From IMG/VR virus record IMGVR_UViG_3300025254_000001: a stretch of DNA of 64,000 bases. The stretch is one strand, 5' to 3'. Made by a program: the position numbers and the translations under genes. The notes below the pieces were generated by a model that did no database searches, had not been told where the DNA came from, and saw only the letters and a list, made by a program, of their open reading frames with translations. Of the stretch, positions 17,481-27,391 are shown piece after piece. The DNA comes from a virus. Numbering within the stretch: the stretch's first letter is position 1; every line of letters starts with the position of its first letter.

Positions 17481-20400
17481 TGGGCGCGAACGTAGGCGCG
17501 TTGACCGTAGCGCTCGGACTGGACGCCGCGCAATACACCGAAGGCCTGACCAAGGCCGACGTGCAGGCGCAGCAGTTCGCGCAGCAGCAGACGCGCACCC
17601 AGGCCTCGATCGATAGGACCGTCGCGTCGCTGGCCAAGCAGGCCTCGCAGATCGGCCTGACGACGCGCGAGATCAAGCTGCAGGCGCTCGCGGCCAAGGG
17701 CGCCAGCGACGCGCAGCTCGCCTCGGCCGACGCGTCGCTCAAGGCGCTTGAGGCCGCCGCCGAGGCGCAGAAGAAGAACTCCCATGAGGCCGAGCAGGCC
17801 GGCAGCATTCTGGACCTGTTCGCCGGCAAGACCGCGCGTGCCCGGTCGGAGCTGATCGTTCTTTCGCATGAGCTGTCGCAGGGCAATTTCAAGCGGGCCT
17901 TCGGCTCGTTCCAAGTGCTCGCTGAGTCGGCCGGCGCGACGGGCGCGATCTTCAGCGCGACGTCCGCGATCATCCTGGCCAGCGCCGCGGCGATCGGCAC
18001 GCTGGTCTTCGCCGCGATCAAGGGCGCTGAAGAGAGCCACGCGCTGGCGCGCGCCATCGAAGAGACCGGCAACGCCGCGGGCCTGACCGAGGGCAAGTTC
18101 AACGACTTGGCAACCGCGCAGGCCAAGCAGACGAACACCACGATCGGTGCGACGCGCGAGATCCTGCAGTCGCTGGCGGCCAGTGGTCGCTTCACCGGCC
18201 AGGCGCTGACCGCCGCGGGCACCGCCGCCGCCTTGTTTTCCAAGGCCACCGGCTCTTCCGCCGAGGAGGCCAGCAAGGAATTCGTTGGCCTGGCCGACGA
18301 CATCGTCAATGGCGCCGATCGGATGAATCGGCAGTACCACTTCCTCGACGCGTCGCAGCTGCTGTACATCACGCGGTTGCACGAGCAGGGCGACGAGCAG
18401 AAGGCCTTCGTCGTCGTGGCTGACGCCTTGACCGAACGGCTCAAGGGCGTGTCGACCAACCTGGGAACGCTCGAAACGGCCTGGCAGAAGATCAAGAACG
18501 CGGCCAGCGGCGCCTGGGACTCGATGCTCAACATCGGGCGCACCGAGACGGTGGAGCAAAAGCTCGCCGGCGTGGAAAGTCAGCTCGATGCCGCGCGCAA
18601 GGGTTCGAGCTTCGTCGGCACGCAGCCCTCCAGCACGCGTCCGCCCTCGATCTATGACGTGCAGGCGCCGCCGGCGGGCCGCGCGCCCTCGATCTATGAC
18701 GTCCAGCAGCCGACCGCCGCGCAGCAGGCGTCGATCTACAACACCGGCGGTGCCGTCGCCGAGCTGCAGGCGCGCCAGGCCAGCCTGCAGGATGAGCTGA
18801 AGCTGCAGAACCGCATCGCCGAGTCGCAGGCCGACAAGGTCCGCCACGACGAGGCCGAAATCGCGGTCATGCACCTGAAGGAGGCGAGCCTCACCAAGCA
18901 GGAGAAGCTGACGCGCGACCTGGCCAACGCGAACGCTACCTTCGACCGCGCTGGCCGCGCGCAGGACGACCCCGAGCGCCTGAAGGTGCTGGCCGACATT
19001 CGCGAGAAGGCCTTCCCGGCGCACGATCAGAAGTCGACGCTGGACCTGGACGTCGCCAGGATCAAGGCCGCCGCGCAGGCCGAACAGGAAATCTACAAGA
19101 CGTCCGATCAGGTCTTCAGCGCGCTGCGCGCGGCGGGCTTGATCGACGAGCAGCACTACTACGAGGAAAAGCTCTTCCTGCTCCAGGCCAATGCGGCGGT
19201 GGAAGAGAAGGCGCTGAGCGACGAGATCGCGCGCCGCAAGCAGCAGGTGTTCACCGGCGCCGACGCCGCGAACAAGTCCAACGAGAACGCCAAGGCGATC
19301 ACCGAGGCCGAGGCCAAGCTGGCCAAGGTGCGCAAGGATGCCGCTGCGCAGGAGACCGTGCTCGCCATCGAGAGCGAGGCCGCGCAGCGCCGCCGCGCCG
19401 CCGGCTACCTGGCCGAGGAACTGGCCGCCCAGCAGTCGCTCGATGCGACCAAGCGCGCGCACGCCGAGGAGATCGCGCTCGTGGGCGTCGGTGGCGAGGA
19501 TCGCGTCCGCGCGCAAGCCATCTCGCAGATCACCGACAAGTACCAGGCCGAGATCGACCGCGCCAACGCCGACATCGCCGCCAAGCGCGTGGCCGCCGGC
19601 GGCGCCGCGACCGCCGAGGACGAAGAGGCCTATGCCAAGCGCATCGCGCTGCTGCAGAAGTTCGAGGCTGCGTCGCTGTCCGAGTGGGACGCGTACTACG
19701 CCAAGCTCAAGAAGACCGAGGAAGACGCGAGCAAGGGCTGGCAAAAGGGCCTGGCCGACTACCAGACCAACGTCGGCACCATGGCCGACCGCGTCAGCAA
19801 GGCGGTCGGCGACACGTTCAAGGGCCTGGAGGACGCGCTCGTGACGTTCGTCACGACCGGCAAGACCAGCTTCAAGAGCCTGGCGGACTCCATCGTCGCG
19901 AGCATGGTGCGCATCGCCGTGCAAGAGGAGATCACCAAGCCGCTCGCTGGCTTCCTGCAGGGCGGCTCGGCGGCGACGGCCAACAACCCGAACAGCAGCG
20001 GCCTGCTCCAGAGCTTCCTGAACCTGTTCAGCTCCACCAAGGGCACCACCACCACCGGAGGCGCCGGCGACACGGCCATGGGCAGCGCCGCCGGCGTGCT
20101 CGGTGCCGTCGATTCGCAGGCGGCCAACGCGGCGGCGGCCTCCGAGACCCAGCTCGCGACGTCGTCCACGGCGGCGGCGGCAACCATGACGACGTCGGCA
20201 GCCTCTACCGAGGCGGCGCTGGCCTCGTTGTCGGCGGCGGCGACGTCTGCGGCCTCGGCGCTGGCCACTGTGGCCGCCAACGCGACGGGCTCTTCGGGCG
20301 GTGGCGCCGGTGGCGCGGGCGGCCTCTTGGGGCTGTTCGGCGCGGGGTCCGGCAGCGGCGCGGGCGCGGGCGCGAGTGCCGGCGCGGGCGTCGTCGACAA

Positions 20401-20707
20401 CGGCAGCATCAACCTGTTCGCGGATGCGGCGCCTGGCCTGGCCATCGGCGGCCAGGCGCTGCCCGGCAAGCTGTACCCGGTCAACGAGCGCGGGCCCGAA
20501 GTGCTCGACGTCGGCGGCAAGCAGTACCTCATGACCGGCAGCTCGCGCGCGAACGTGAGCCCACTGTCGACGTCGTCGCAGTCGGCCACGCAGCGGCCGA
20601 TCCAGATCATCCAGAACTTCCCGGCCGGCACCAGCAAGGCCACCGCCGATCAAGCCGCGGCGCTGGCTGGCGCGGCGGTGCGCAAGGCTTACGCGAGGGT
20701 TCGCTGA
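17480..20707 (+). CDS. Tape measure protein
   Basis: 1075 aa, Ala-rich and coiled-coil, with a Gly-rich C-terminal region. Canonical position. Confidence 0.9.
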   Translation: MGANVGALTVALGLDAAQYTEGLTKADVQAQQFAQQQTRTQASIDRTVASLAKQASQIGLTTREIKLQALAAKGASDAQLASADASLKALEAAAEAQKKNSHEAEQAGSILDLFAGKTARARSELIVLSHELSQGNFKRAFGSFQVLAESAGATGAIFSATSAIILASAAAIGTLVFAAIKGAEESHALARAIEETGNAAGLTEGKFNDLATAQAKQTNTTIGATREILQSLAASGRFTGQALTAAGTAAALFSKATGSSAEEASKEFVGLADDIVNGADRMNRQYHFLDASQLLYITRLHEQGDEQKAFVVVADALTERLKGVSTNLGTLETAWQKIKNAASGAWDSMLNIGRTETVEQKLAGVESQLDAARKGSSFVGTQPSSTRPPSIYDVQAPPAGRAPSIYDVQQPTAAQQASIYNTGGAVAELQARQASLQDELKLQNRIAESQADKVRHDEAEIAVMHLKEASLTKQEKLTRDLANANATFDRAGRAQDDPERLKVLADIREKAFPAHDQKSTLDLDVARIKAAAQAEQEIYKTSDQVFSALRAAGLIDEQHYYEEKLFLLQANAAVEEKALSDEIARRKQQVFTGADAANKSNENAKAITEAEAKLAKVRKDAAAQETVLAIESEAAQRRRAAGYLAEELAAQQSLDATKRAHAEEIALVGVGGEDRVRAQAISQITDKYQAEIDRANADIAAKRVAAGGAATAEDEEAYAKRIALLQKFEAASLSEWDAYYAKLKKTEEDASKGWQKGLADYQTNVGTMADRVSKAVGDTFKGLEDALVTFVTTGKTSFKSLADSIVASMVRIAVQEEITKPLAGFLQGGSAATANNPNSSGLLQSFLNLFSSTKGTTTTGGAGDTAMGSAAGVLGAVDSQAANAAAASETQLATSSTAAAATMTTSAASTEAALASLSAAATSAASALATVAANATGSSGGGAGGAGGLLGLFGAGSGSGAGAGASAGAGVVDNGSINLFADAAPGLAIGGQALPGKLYPVNERGPEVLDVGGKQYLMTGSSRANVSPLSTSSQSATQRPIQIIQNFPAGTSKATADQAAALAGAAVRKAYARVR

Positions 20708-20708
20708 C

Positions 20709-21341
20709 ATGGAATTCGTCGACATTGAGTTCCCGCGTCGCATCGCGTTCCATGCGCGGGCCGAGGCCCAGTGGCTGACCGAGCTGACCGCCGTGCTCTC
20801 GGGCTTCGAGGCGACCAACCAGAACTGGGCCCAGACGCGGCACGCCTATGACGCTGGGCTCGCCATCCGCTCGGCCGCGGACTACCTGCAGGTCAAGACG
20901 CACTTTCATGCGATGCGCGGGCGCGCGAAGTCGTTCCCGTTCTTGGACCCGATCGACCATACGGTGACGCAGGCCGCCGGCGTGCTGACCGCGGACGGCT
21001 CGAACTGGCAGATGTTCTACCGCTACGGCTCGGGCGGCAGCGCCTATGACCGCAAGATCACGCGGCCCCGCACCGGCACCATCGCCGTCTTTCGCACGCG
21101 CTCCAGCGTGACGACCAACATCACGGGCTCGGCCACGATCACCTACACGACCGGCGTCGTTGCGATCAGCGGGCACGTCGCCGGCGACACCTACGCCTGG
21201 TCCGGCGAGTTCTTCGTGCCGTGTCGGTACGACATCGATCGCCTGCCCGGCGTGATCGTCGATAAGCACGTGGGCGGCCTGGCCGGCACCGACCTGCTGG
21301 TGGACTGCGATTCCGTGCCGCTGGTGGAGGTGCGCGAATGA
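20709..21341 (+). CDS. Distal tail protein, DUF2460-like (RcGTA g12-like)
   Basis: 210 aa. MEFVDIEFPRRIAF... start is typical of the DUF2460/TIGR02217 family. Confidence 0.7.
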   Translation: MEFVDIEFPRRIAFHARAEAQWLTELTAVLSGFEATNQNWAQTRHAYDAGLAIRSAADYLQVKTHFHAMRGRAKSFPFLDPIDHTVTQAAGVLTADGSNWQMFYRYGSGGSAYDRKITRPRTGTIAVFRTRSSVTTNITGSATITYTTGVVAISGHVAGDTYAWSGEFFVPCRYDIDRLPGVIVDKHVGGLAGTDLLVDCDSVPLVEVRE

Positions 21342-22216
21342 AGACGGTCTCCAGCGCGCTCGCCACGCACCTGGCGGGCAGCGCGCACACGATGGCCACG
21401 TGCTGGCTGGTGACGCGCACCGACTCGCAGGTCTTCGGCTTCACGAGCCACGACCTGCCGCTGGTGATTGGGGGCGTCACCTATGAGGCGTCGCTGGGCA
21501 TCGATCGCAGCGCGGTGGAGACGAACGCCGGTGTCGTGGTCGGAAACGCCTCGGCGCTGGGCTTTCTCAACAGCGATTCGATCACCGAGGAGGATCTGCT
21601 CGCCGGCGTCTGGGATCACGCCGAGATGCGGATCTTCGAAGTCAACTGGGCCGACCTCACGATGGGCGACCTCAAGCAGCTGCGCGGGTGGCTCGGCCAG
21701 GTCACCGTCGAAGGAACGGGCTTCAAGGTCGAACTGCGCGGCATCGCCGACCCGCTGAACAAGAGCATCGGCGAGATCATCGGGCCGTCGTGCACCGCAG
21801 CGCTCGGCGACGCTCGCTGCACGGTGGACCTCACCGACTTCACCACGACGGGCACCGTCACGGCGGCCACCAGCAACCGCGTGTTCGACACCGACCTGTC
21901 TGGCTCCACGGTTCGGCTGACGCCCAGCAGCACCGGCGCGCCTGACGACAACTACTTCGCGGGCGGCCTGCTGACCTGGTCGACGGGCCTGAATGCGACG
22001 CGGCGCATGGAGGTGAAGTACAGCACGGTCGGCGGCACGGTGACGCTGCAGCTGCCCATGGCCGCCGCGGTGACGAACGGCGACACGTTCAGCATCGTCG
22101 CGGGCTGCTCGAAGGCGTTCGAGACCTGCCGCGACCGGTTCAACAACGCCGTCAACTTCCGGGGCTTCAAGGATCTGCCGGGCCTCGACAAGATTCTGAG
22201 GTTCGGTGGCCAATGA
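21338..22216 (+). CDS. DUF2163 / BR0599-like tail protein (RcGTA g13-like)
   Basis: 292 aa. ATCWLVTRTD...FGFTSHD...GVTYEA and C-terminal NFRGFKDLPG motifs. Confidence 0.7.
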   Translation: MKTVSSALATHLAGSAHTMATCWLVTRTDSQVFGFTSHDLPLVIGGVTYEASLGIDRSAVETNAGVVVGNASALGFLNSDSITEEDLLAGVWDHAEMRIFEVNWADLTMGDLKQLRGWLGQVTVEGTGFKVELRGIADPLNKSIGEIIGPSCTAALGDARCTVDLTDFTTTGTVTAATSNRVFDTDLSGSTVRLTPSSTGAPDDNYFAGGLLTWSTGLNATRRMEVKYSTVGGTVTLQLPMAAAVTNGDTFSIVAGCSKAFETCRDRFNNAVNFRGFKDLPGLDKILRFGGQ

Positions 22217-22668
22217 GCACGCTGACCCTCGTCCGCGGCGCCGACGTCGAGCGCGCCGCGCGCCAATTCCTGGGCGTGAGGTGGCGCCACCAGGGCCGCA
22301 CCGCGCAGGGCCTGGACTGCGCCGGCCTGGTGATCCGCGTCGCGCATGACCTTGGCCTGACGGCGTTCGACACCCGCGACTACGGCCGCATCCCCATTGA
22401 CGGCCAGATGCGCGCCGTGATGCAGGAGCAGTGCATCGAGCTGCCGCCCGACACCGAGCCGCGCGCCGGCCATGTCGCGCTGCTGCGCTTCGCGCGCGAG
22501 CCCCAGCATGTGGCCATCGTCGCGACCCATCCGCTGGGCGGCTTGTCGCTGCTGCACGCGCTGACCTTCGAGCGCAAGGTCGTTGAGCACCGTCTCGACC
22601 GTACCTGGCGCAACCGCTTCGTCGCGCTCTATGCGCTGCCTGGCGTCACCTACCCCGAGCAGGCCTGA
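22213..22668 (+). CDS. NlpC/P60-family peptidase (RcGTA g14-like)
   Basis: 151 aa with the catalytic-Cys motif GLDCAGLV and a downstream His. Confidence 0.7.
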   Translation: MSTLTLVRGADVERAARQFLGVRWRHQGRTAQGLDCAGLVIRVAHDLGLTAFDTRDYGRIPIDGQMRAVMQEQCIELPPDTEPRAGHVALLRFAREPQHVAIVATHPLGGLSLLHALTFERKVVEHRLDRTWRNRFVALYALPGVTYPEQA

Positions 22669-22670
22669 GC

Positions 22671-25600
22671 ATGTCGGTGCAACTCGCGTTCACGGTCGTC
22701 GGCTATGCGGTCGGCACCTATTTCGGCTACCCGCAGCTCGGTGCGCTCGTGGGCTCGCTCGTGGGTGCCGAGGTGGCGCAATCGGAGCTTCCCGACTCGA
22801 CGACCTCCGGCCCGCGGCTGACCGACCTCAAGACCCAGACCAGCACCTACGGCGCCGACATTCCGTACCTGTTCGGCTCGAACCGCGTCGCCGGCAACAT
22901 CATCTGGGCGGCTGATCTCATCGAGGTTGAGACGGACACCACCACGTCGGCCGGCGGCAAGGGCAGCGGCCCGACGCAGACCTCGGTCACCTACGCCTAC
23001 TACGGCACCTTCGCCGCGCTGCTGTGCTTCGGCCCGGCGCGCGGCATTCGGCGCATCTGGGGCGATCAGGTGCTGATCTATGACGGCGGCGTCGACCCGC
23101 CGGTGGGCAGCGTGGACTACGCCTTCTACCAGGGCACTGAGACCCAGCTGCCCGACCCGACGATGGAGGCCGCGCTCGGCGTCGGCAACGTGCCGGGCTA
23201 CCGCGGCTACTGCTACGTGGTCTTCAATCGGCTGCCGCTCGACAAGTTCGGCAATCGAATCCCGAATATCACCGTCGAGCTGACGGCTGATGGCGAGTTC
23301 TTCGGTGCCGGAACCGCGCTCGGCCCGAACCCCTATGTTGCCCCCGGCGTCGGGGTCGTCGACTACGGCCACCTCATCATGGGCGGGGCGCAGCGCAGCG
23401 ATGGCCAGGTCGTCATGATGACCTACCCGAACGCGACCAGCCCGAGCCACGCGCCGGGCATCGAACTGAAGGTGATCGACGAGGTGAGTGGGCTGGCGAC
23501 GCTCACCGTCGATGTGACCGTCGAGGGAAGCTACGAGACGGTCAACCAGAACCTGATGTGCTACGTCCCGCCCAGCGACGAAATCTGGGTCAGCGGGACG
23601 GGCGCCAAGGTCTACCGATATAACGCGCAGACGTTCGCGCCCACCGGGACGATCACGCTGTTCGCCGGCGCCGCCAAGCTGGCCTATGAGCCGACCACGC
23701 GCCGCGTCTACTTCCGGCCCAACGCCTCGTGGATCTGCGCGGGCGGCGAGTTCGTCGTGCTTGGCGCGGGCATCTTCAACATCGACGTGCTGCGCCTGCG
23801 GTTTCCAACCGCCAGCCCGTTCTACGTGACTGATTGCGGCTCGATCGGCCTGGACGGGACGATCAACTATGAGTCGATGTCGGCCATCATCGCGACGGTG
23901 CCGCTGGTCTTCCTGACCGATGGTGCTGCGCAGAGCCACCGCGCCTGCTTTGATCCGACGCGCCGCCGCTATGTCGCCGTCGACAGCCGGATCTGGACCA
24001 TCACCGATTCCCTGACGCCGGTCATCGCGGTGCACGCCTACCCGGCGTCGGTGAGCGCCGGCGGTATCGAGTGGATCGCCTACGACGCCGCGACCGACAG
24101 CATCATCATGATGGGCGAGGTCGTCGGCATCGTCACTGTCACGATTCTCGACGCAGAGACGTTCGCGGTGCTCTATCAGGCGGGCGTGACGGGCGACGGC
24201 AGTCTGGGCATCAACTTCGCGTTCCCGCAGGTGGCCGGCAGCCTCCTGGTGCTGGGCTCCTACCAGACCTGGCGCCTGGACTATTTCGCCACGACGGTTG
24301 GGGCCACGGTCGCCCGGCTCTGCACGGTCTCGGGCATGGACTCCAGCGAGTTCAACGTCTCGGAGCTGACGCAGTTGCTGCGCGGCTACCTGATGTCCGC
24401 CATGAGCCCGGCGCGCGGCGCGATCGAGCAGCTGGCGACGGCCTACCTGTTCGAGGGCACCGAGCAGGACGACGTCCTCTATTTCCGGCGCCGGGGCGGC
24501 GCGACGGTCGACACCATCACTGCCGATGAATGCGGCGCCGGCGTCGACAAGTCCGACCCGTTTCCGATCAGCCGGGACCGCGCGCAGGAGGCCGATCTGC
24601 CCGCGCGCCTGTTCGTCGCCGCACCGGACCCGTTCACCGACTACCAGCCTGGCTCGCAGTACGCCGAGCGCCGCGCCGTCGCCGCCGGCGATGACGAGCA
24701 GGTGCAGCTCGCCACCGTGCTGACGGCCACCGAGGCGCGCCGCCTGGCGGACGCCCTGATCTTCGACCGCTGGGCGGGCCGCAACACCAGGAAATGGACG
24801 ACGGCGCGCAAGCACACGCGCCTGGTGCCCACCGACACCGTCTTGCTCGATGGTGAGCGCGTGCGCGTCACGCGTCGCAGCGACGATGGGCCGGTCATCC
24901 ACTGGGAGGGCGTCACCGATGACGCCGACGTCGTCAACCAGCTGGTGACCGGCGTCCAGGGCAGCTTCCCGGGCCAGACCGTTCCGATTCAGGTGCCCTC
25001 GGAGATGCTGCTGGTCGACACCGCGTTGCTGCGCGATGCCGACAACTCGCCCGGGGCTTACGTCAGCGTCTACGGCCTGGCGCCGTTCTATCGCGGCACG
25101 CAGGTCTTCGCGAGCGATGACGGCGGCTCCACCTGGGTTCGCCAGGCGACGATGCCCAAGCCAGGCACGTCGGTCGGCGTCGCGACCAACGCGCTGGGGT
25201 CGTTCGCCGGCGGCTTCGTCTTCGACGAGGACAACTCGATCAACGTCGGGATGCTGAACGGCGCACCCAGCAGCGTGACGCGCGCCGAGGTGCTCGCGGA
25301 CTCCAATGGCGCCGCGGTGCGCTCCGGCAGCACGTGGGAAATCATCCACTACCGCACCGCGACGCTGGAGATGGACGGCACCTACACGCTGCGCGGGCTG
25401 CTGCGCGGCCAGCGCGGCACGGGGTACGCGATCGATGGCCACGCCGCGGGCGACGCGGTGGTGCTGCTGGACGTCACCTCGGTGCGCACGATCAACATCG
25501 AATCCGGCCAGATCGGCGTCACGCGCGCCTACCGCCCGGTCTCGATCGGGGACTCGATCTCGGACACCACGGAGCAGGACCTGGCGATCTCGGCCGAACG

Positions 25601-25946
25601 TCTGAAGCCCTGGAACCCGGTCGACCTGCGCGCCGCGCGCAACGCCAGCAACGACATCACGTTCAGCTGGAAGCGGCGCACCCGCCTGAGCACCCGCTTC
25701 GTCGGCTCGGGCGGCATCAACGTGCCGCTCGGCGAGGCCACGGAAGCCTATGAGGTCGAGGTCTACACGGACGGGACCTACACGACCCTCGTGCGAACGA
25801 TCAGCGGGCTCAGCAGCGCGTCGGCGGCCTATAGCGCGGCCGATCAGACGACGGACGGATTCACCCCGGGCAACCCCATCCCGGTTCGGGTATTTCAGCT
25901 CTCGGCCGTGGTCGGCCGTGGCCATCCACTTGAGGCGCAAGCATGA
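22671..25946 (+). CDS. Host-specificity / central tail fibre protein (RcGTA g15-like)
   Basis: 1091 aa with a hydrophobic Gly-rich N-terminus. Size and position match lambda J / GTA g15-like proteins. Confidence 0.8.
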   Translation: MSVQLAFTVVGYAVGTYFGYPQLGALVGSLVGAEVAQSELPDSTTSGPRLTDLKTQTSTYGADIPYLFGSNRVAGNIIWAADLIEVETDTTTSAGGKGSGPTQTSVTYAYYGTFAALLCFGPARGIRRIWGDQVLIYDGGVDPPVGSVDYAFYQGTETQLPDPTMEAALGVGNVPGYRGYCYVVFNRLPLDKFGNRIPNITVELTADGEFFGAGTALGPNPYVAPGVGVVDYGHLIMGGAQRSDGQVVMMTYPNATSPSHAPGIELKVIDEVSGLATLTVDVTVEGSYETVNQNLMCYVPPSDEIWVSGTGAKVYRYNAQTFAPTGTITLFAGAAKLAYEPTTRRVYFRPNASWICAGGEFVVLGAGIFNIDVLRLRFPTASPFYVTDCGSIGLDGTINYESMSAIIATVPLVFLTDGAAQSHRACFDPTRRRYVAVDSRIWTITDSLTPVIAVHAYPASVSAGGIEWIAYDAATDSIIMMGEVVGIVTVTILDAETFAVLYQAGVTGDGSLGINFAFPQVAGSLLVLGSYQTWRLDYFATTVGATVARLCTVSGMDSSEFNVSELTQLLRGYLMSAMSPARGAIEQLATAYLFEGTEQDDVLYFRRRGGATVDTITADECGAGVDKSDPFPISRDRAQEADLPARLFVAAPDPFTDYQPGSQYAERRAVAAGDDEQVQLATVLTATEARRLADALIFDRWAGRNTRKWTTARKHTRLVPTDTVLLDGERVRVTRRSDDGPVIHWEGVTDDADVVNQLVTGVQGSFPGQTVPIQVPSEMLLVDTALLRDADNSPGAYVSVYGLAPFYRGTQVFASDDGGSTWVRQATMPKPGTSVGVATNALGSFAGGFVFDEDNSINVGMLNGAPSSVTRAEVLADSNGAAVRSGSTWEIIHYRTATLEMDGTYTLRGLLRGQRGTGYAIDGHAAGDAVVLLDVTSVRTINIESGQIGVTRAYRPVSIGDSISDTTEQDLAISAERLKPWNPVDLRAARNASNDITFSWKRRTRLSTRFVGSGGINVPLGEATEAYEVEVYTDGTYTTLVRTISGLSSASAAYSAADQTTDGFTPGNPIPVRVFQLSAVVGRGHPLEAQA

Positions 25947-27391
25947 GCTATCAGCAAGTCGCGGACGGGCAGGTCCACCCGGAAGTGCCGATCAACGAGA
26001 ACATGGCCGCGCTCGGGCAGGCGTTCGTCTTCTCGCACGATGTCACTGCCGACTCGGGCCTGGTGGTGGGGATCAATGGTGGGAATTTCGACGTCGCCAC
26101 GGTGGCCGATACGACCATCACCGCCACGGACAACACGACGAACTATGTCGTCGCCCATCGCACCACCCATGCCGTCACCACCGCGACGGCGACCACGAAC
26201 TGGAACAACACCGGGACGTATGGACGCGTCGGGCGTGCCGTGTTCGCCTCGGGCGTCCTGACCTGGCACGACGAGCGCTATAGCGCGGGCGGGATCTTCG
26301 ACCATGCCGCGACGCTGGGCGGCGGCACTGTCACGAGCGTGGCCGCCACGGTCCCGAGCTGGCTCTCTGTCAGCGGTTCCCCGATCACCAGCAGCGGCAC
26401 GCTCGCCATCACGGCCGCGACGGGACAGGCCGCGAACCAGGTGCTCGCCACGCCGGACGGCTCGACCGGCGCCGCGTCGTTGCGCGCCCTGGTCGCAGCC
26501 GACGTGCCCACCCTCAACCAGAACACGACGGGTTCTGCCGCGACGCTCACGACGTCGCGCAACATCGATGGGCAGGCGTTTAACGGCTCGGCGAACATCA
26601 CGGTCATCGCCCCGGGCACGCACGCGGCCAGCAGCAAGTCGACGCCGGTCGACGCCGATGAGATGCCGCTCGCGGATTCGGCGGCGTCCTTCGTGCTGAA
26701 GAAGCTCACGTGGTTGAACCTCAAGGCCACGCTCAAGACCTACTTCGACACCCTCTATGGCTCTGGCTCGGGTTCGGTGACCAGCGTCGCCGCGACCGTG
26801 CCGAGCTGGCTGTCGGTGAGCGGGTCGCCCATCACGACGTCCGGCACCCTCGCGATCACCGCGGCCAGCGGGCAAACCGCCAATCAGTTCCTCGCCACTC
26901 CCAACGGCTCGACTGGCGCGGTGGGCCTGCGAGCGATCGTGGCGGCCGACGTCCCGACGCTGAACCAGAACACCACGGGCTCGGCGGCCACGCTCACCAC
27001 CGCACGCACGATCGGCGGAACGTCGTTCGATGGCAGCGCCAACATCACGCAGCCGTTCGACGTCCAAGGCTTCTATCCGGGCGTCCCTACGGCATCGGCC
27101 AAGGTCTTGCGGGTGCCGATCGCGCGCGCCGTGACGTTCGCTGCAAATTTCGCCGGATCGTATTTCTCGGCATCGGCCAACGCGACGGGCTCGACGGTGT
27201 TCGATGTCCAGCAGAACGGATCGTCCATCGGATCGATCACCATCGCTGCCGGCACCACGACCGCGACGTTCACCACCACCAGCGGCACGAGCAAGACGTT
27301 CGCGGCTGGCGACGTGTTGATGATCGTCTGCCCCGGCACCCCGGACGCCACGCTGGCCGACCCGGGATTCGTCTTGGCGGGGACGCGTTAA
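25943..27391 (+). CDS. Tail fibre protein with internal tandem duplication
   Basis: 482 aa. A ~90-aa module (VTSVAATVPSWLSVSGSPIT..LNQNTTGSAATLTT.R.I.G..F.GSANIT) occurs twice. Confidence 0.7.
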   Translation: MSYQQVADGQVHPEVPINENMAALGQAFVFSHDVTADSGLVVGINGGNFDVATVADTTITATDNTTNYVVAHRTTHAVTTATATTNWNNTGTYGRVGRAVFASGVLTWHDERYSAGGIFDHAATLGGGTVTSVAATVPSWLSVSGSPITSSGTLAITAATGQAANQVLATPDGSTGAASLRALVAADVPTLNQNTTGSAATLTTSRNIDGQAFNGSANITVIAPGTHAASSKSTPVDADEMPLADSAASFVLKKLTWLNLKATLKTYFDTLYGSGSGSVTSVAATVPSWLSVSGSPITTSGTLAITAASGQTANQFLATPNGSTGAVGLRAIVAADVPTLNQNTTGSAATLTTARTIGGTSFDGSANITQPFDVQGFYPGVPTASAKVLRVPIARAVTFAANFAGSYFSASANATGSTVFDVQQNGSSIGSITIAAGTTTATFTTTSGTSKTFAAGDVLMIVCPGTPDATLADPGFVLAGTR

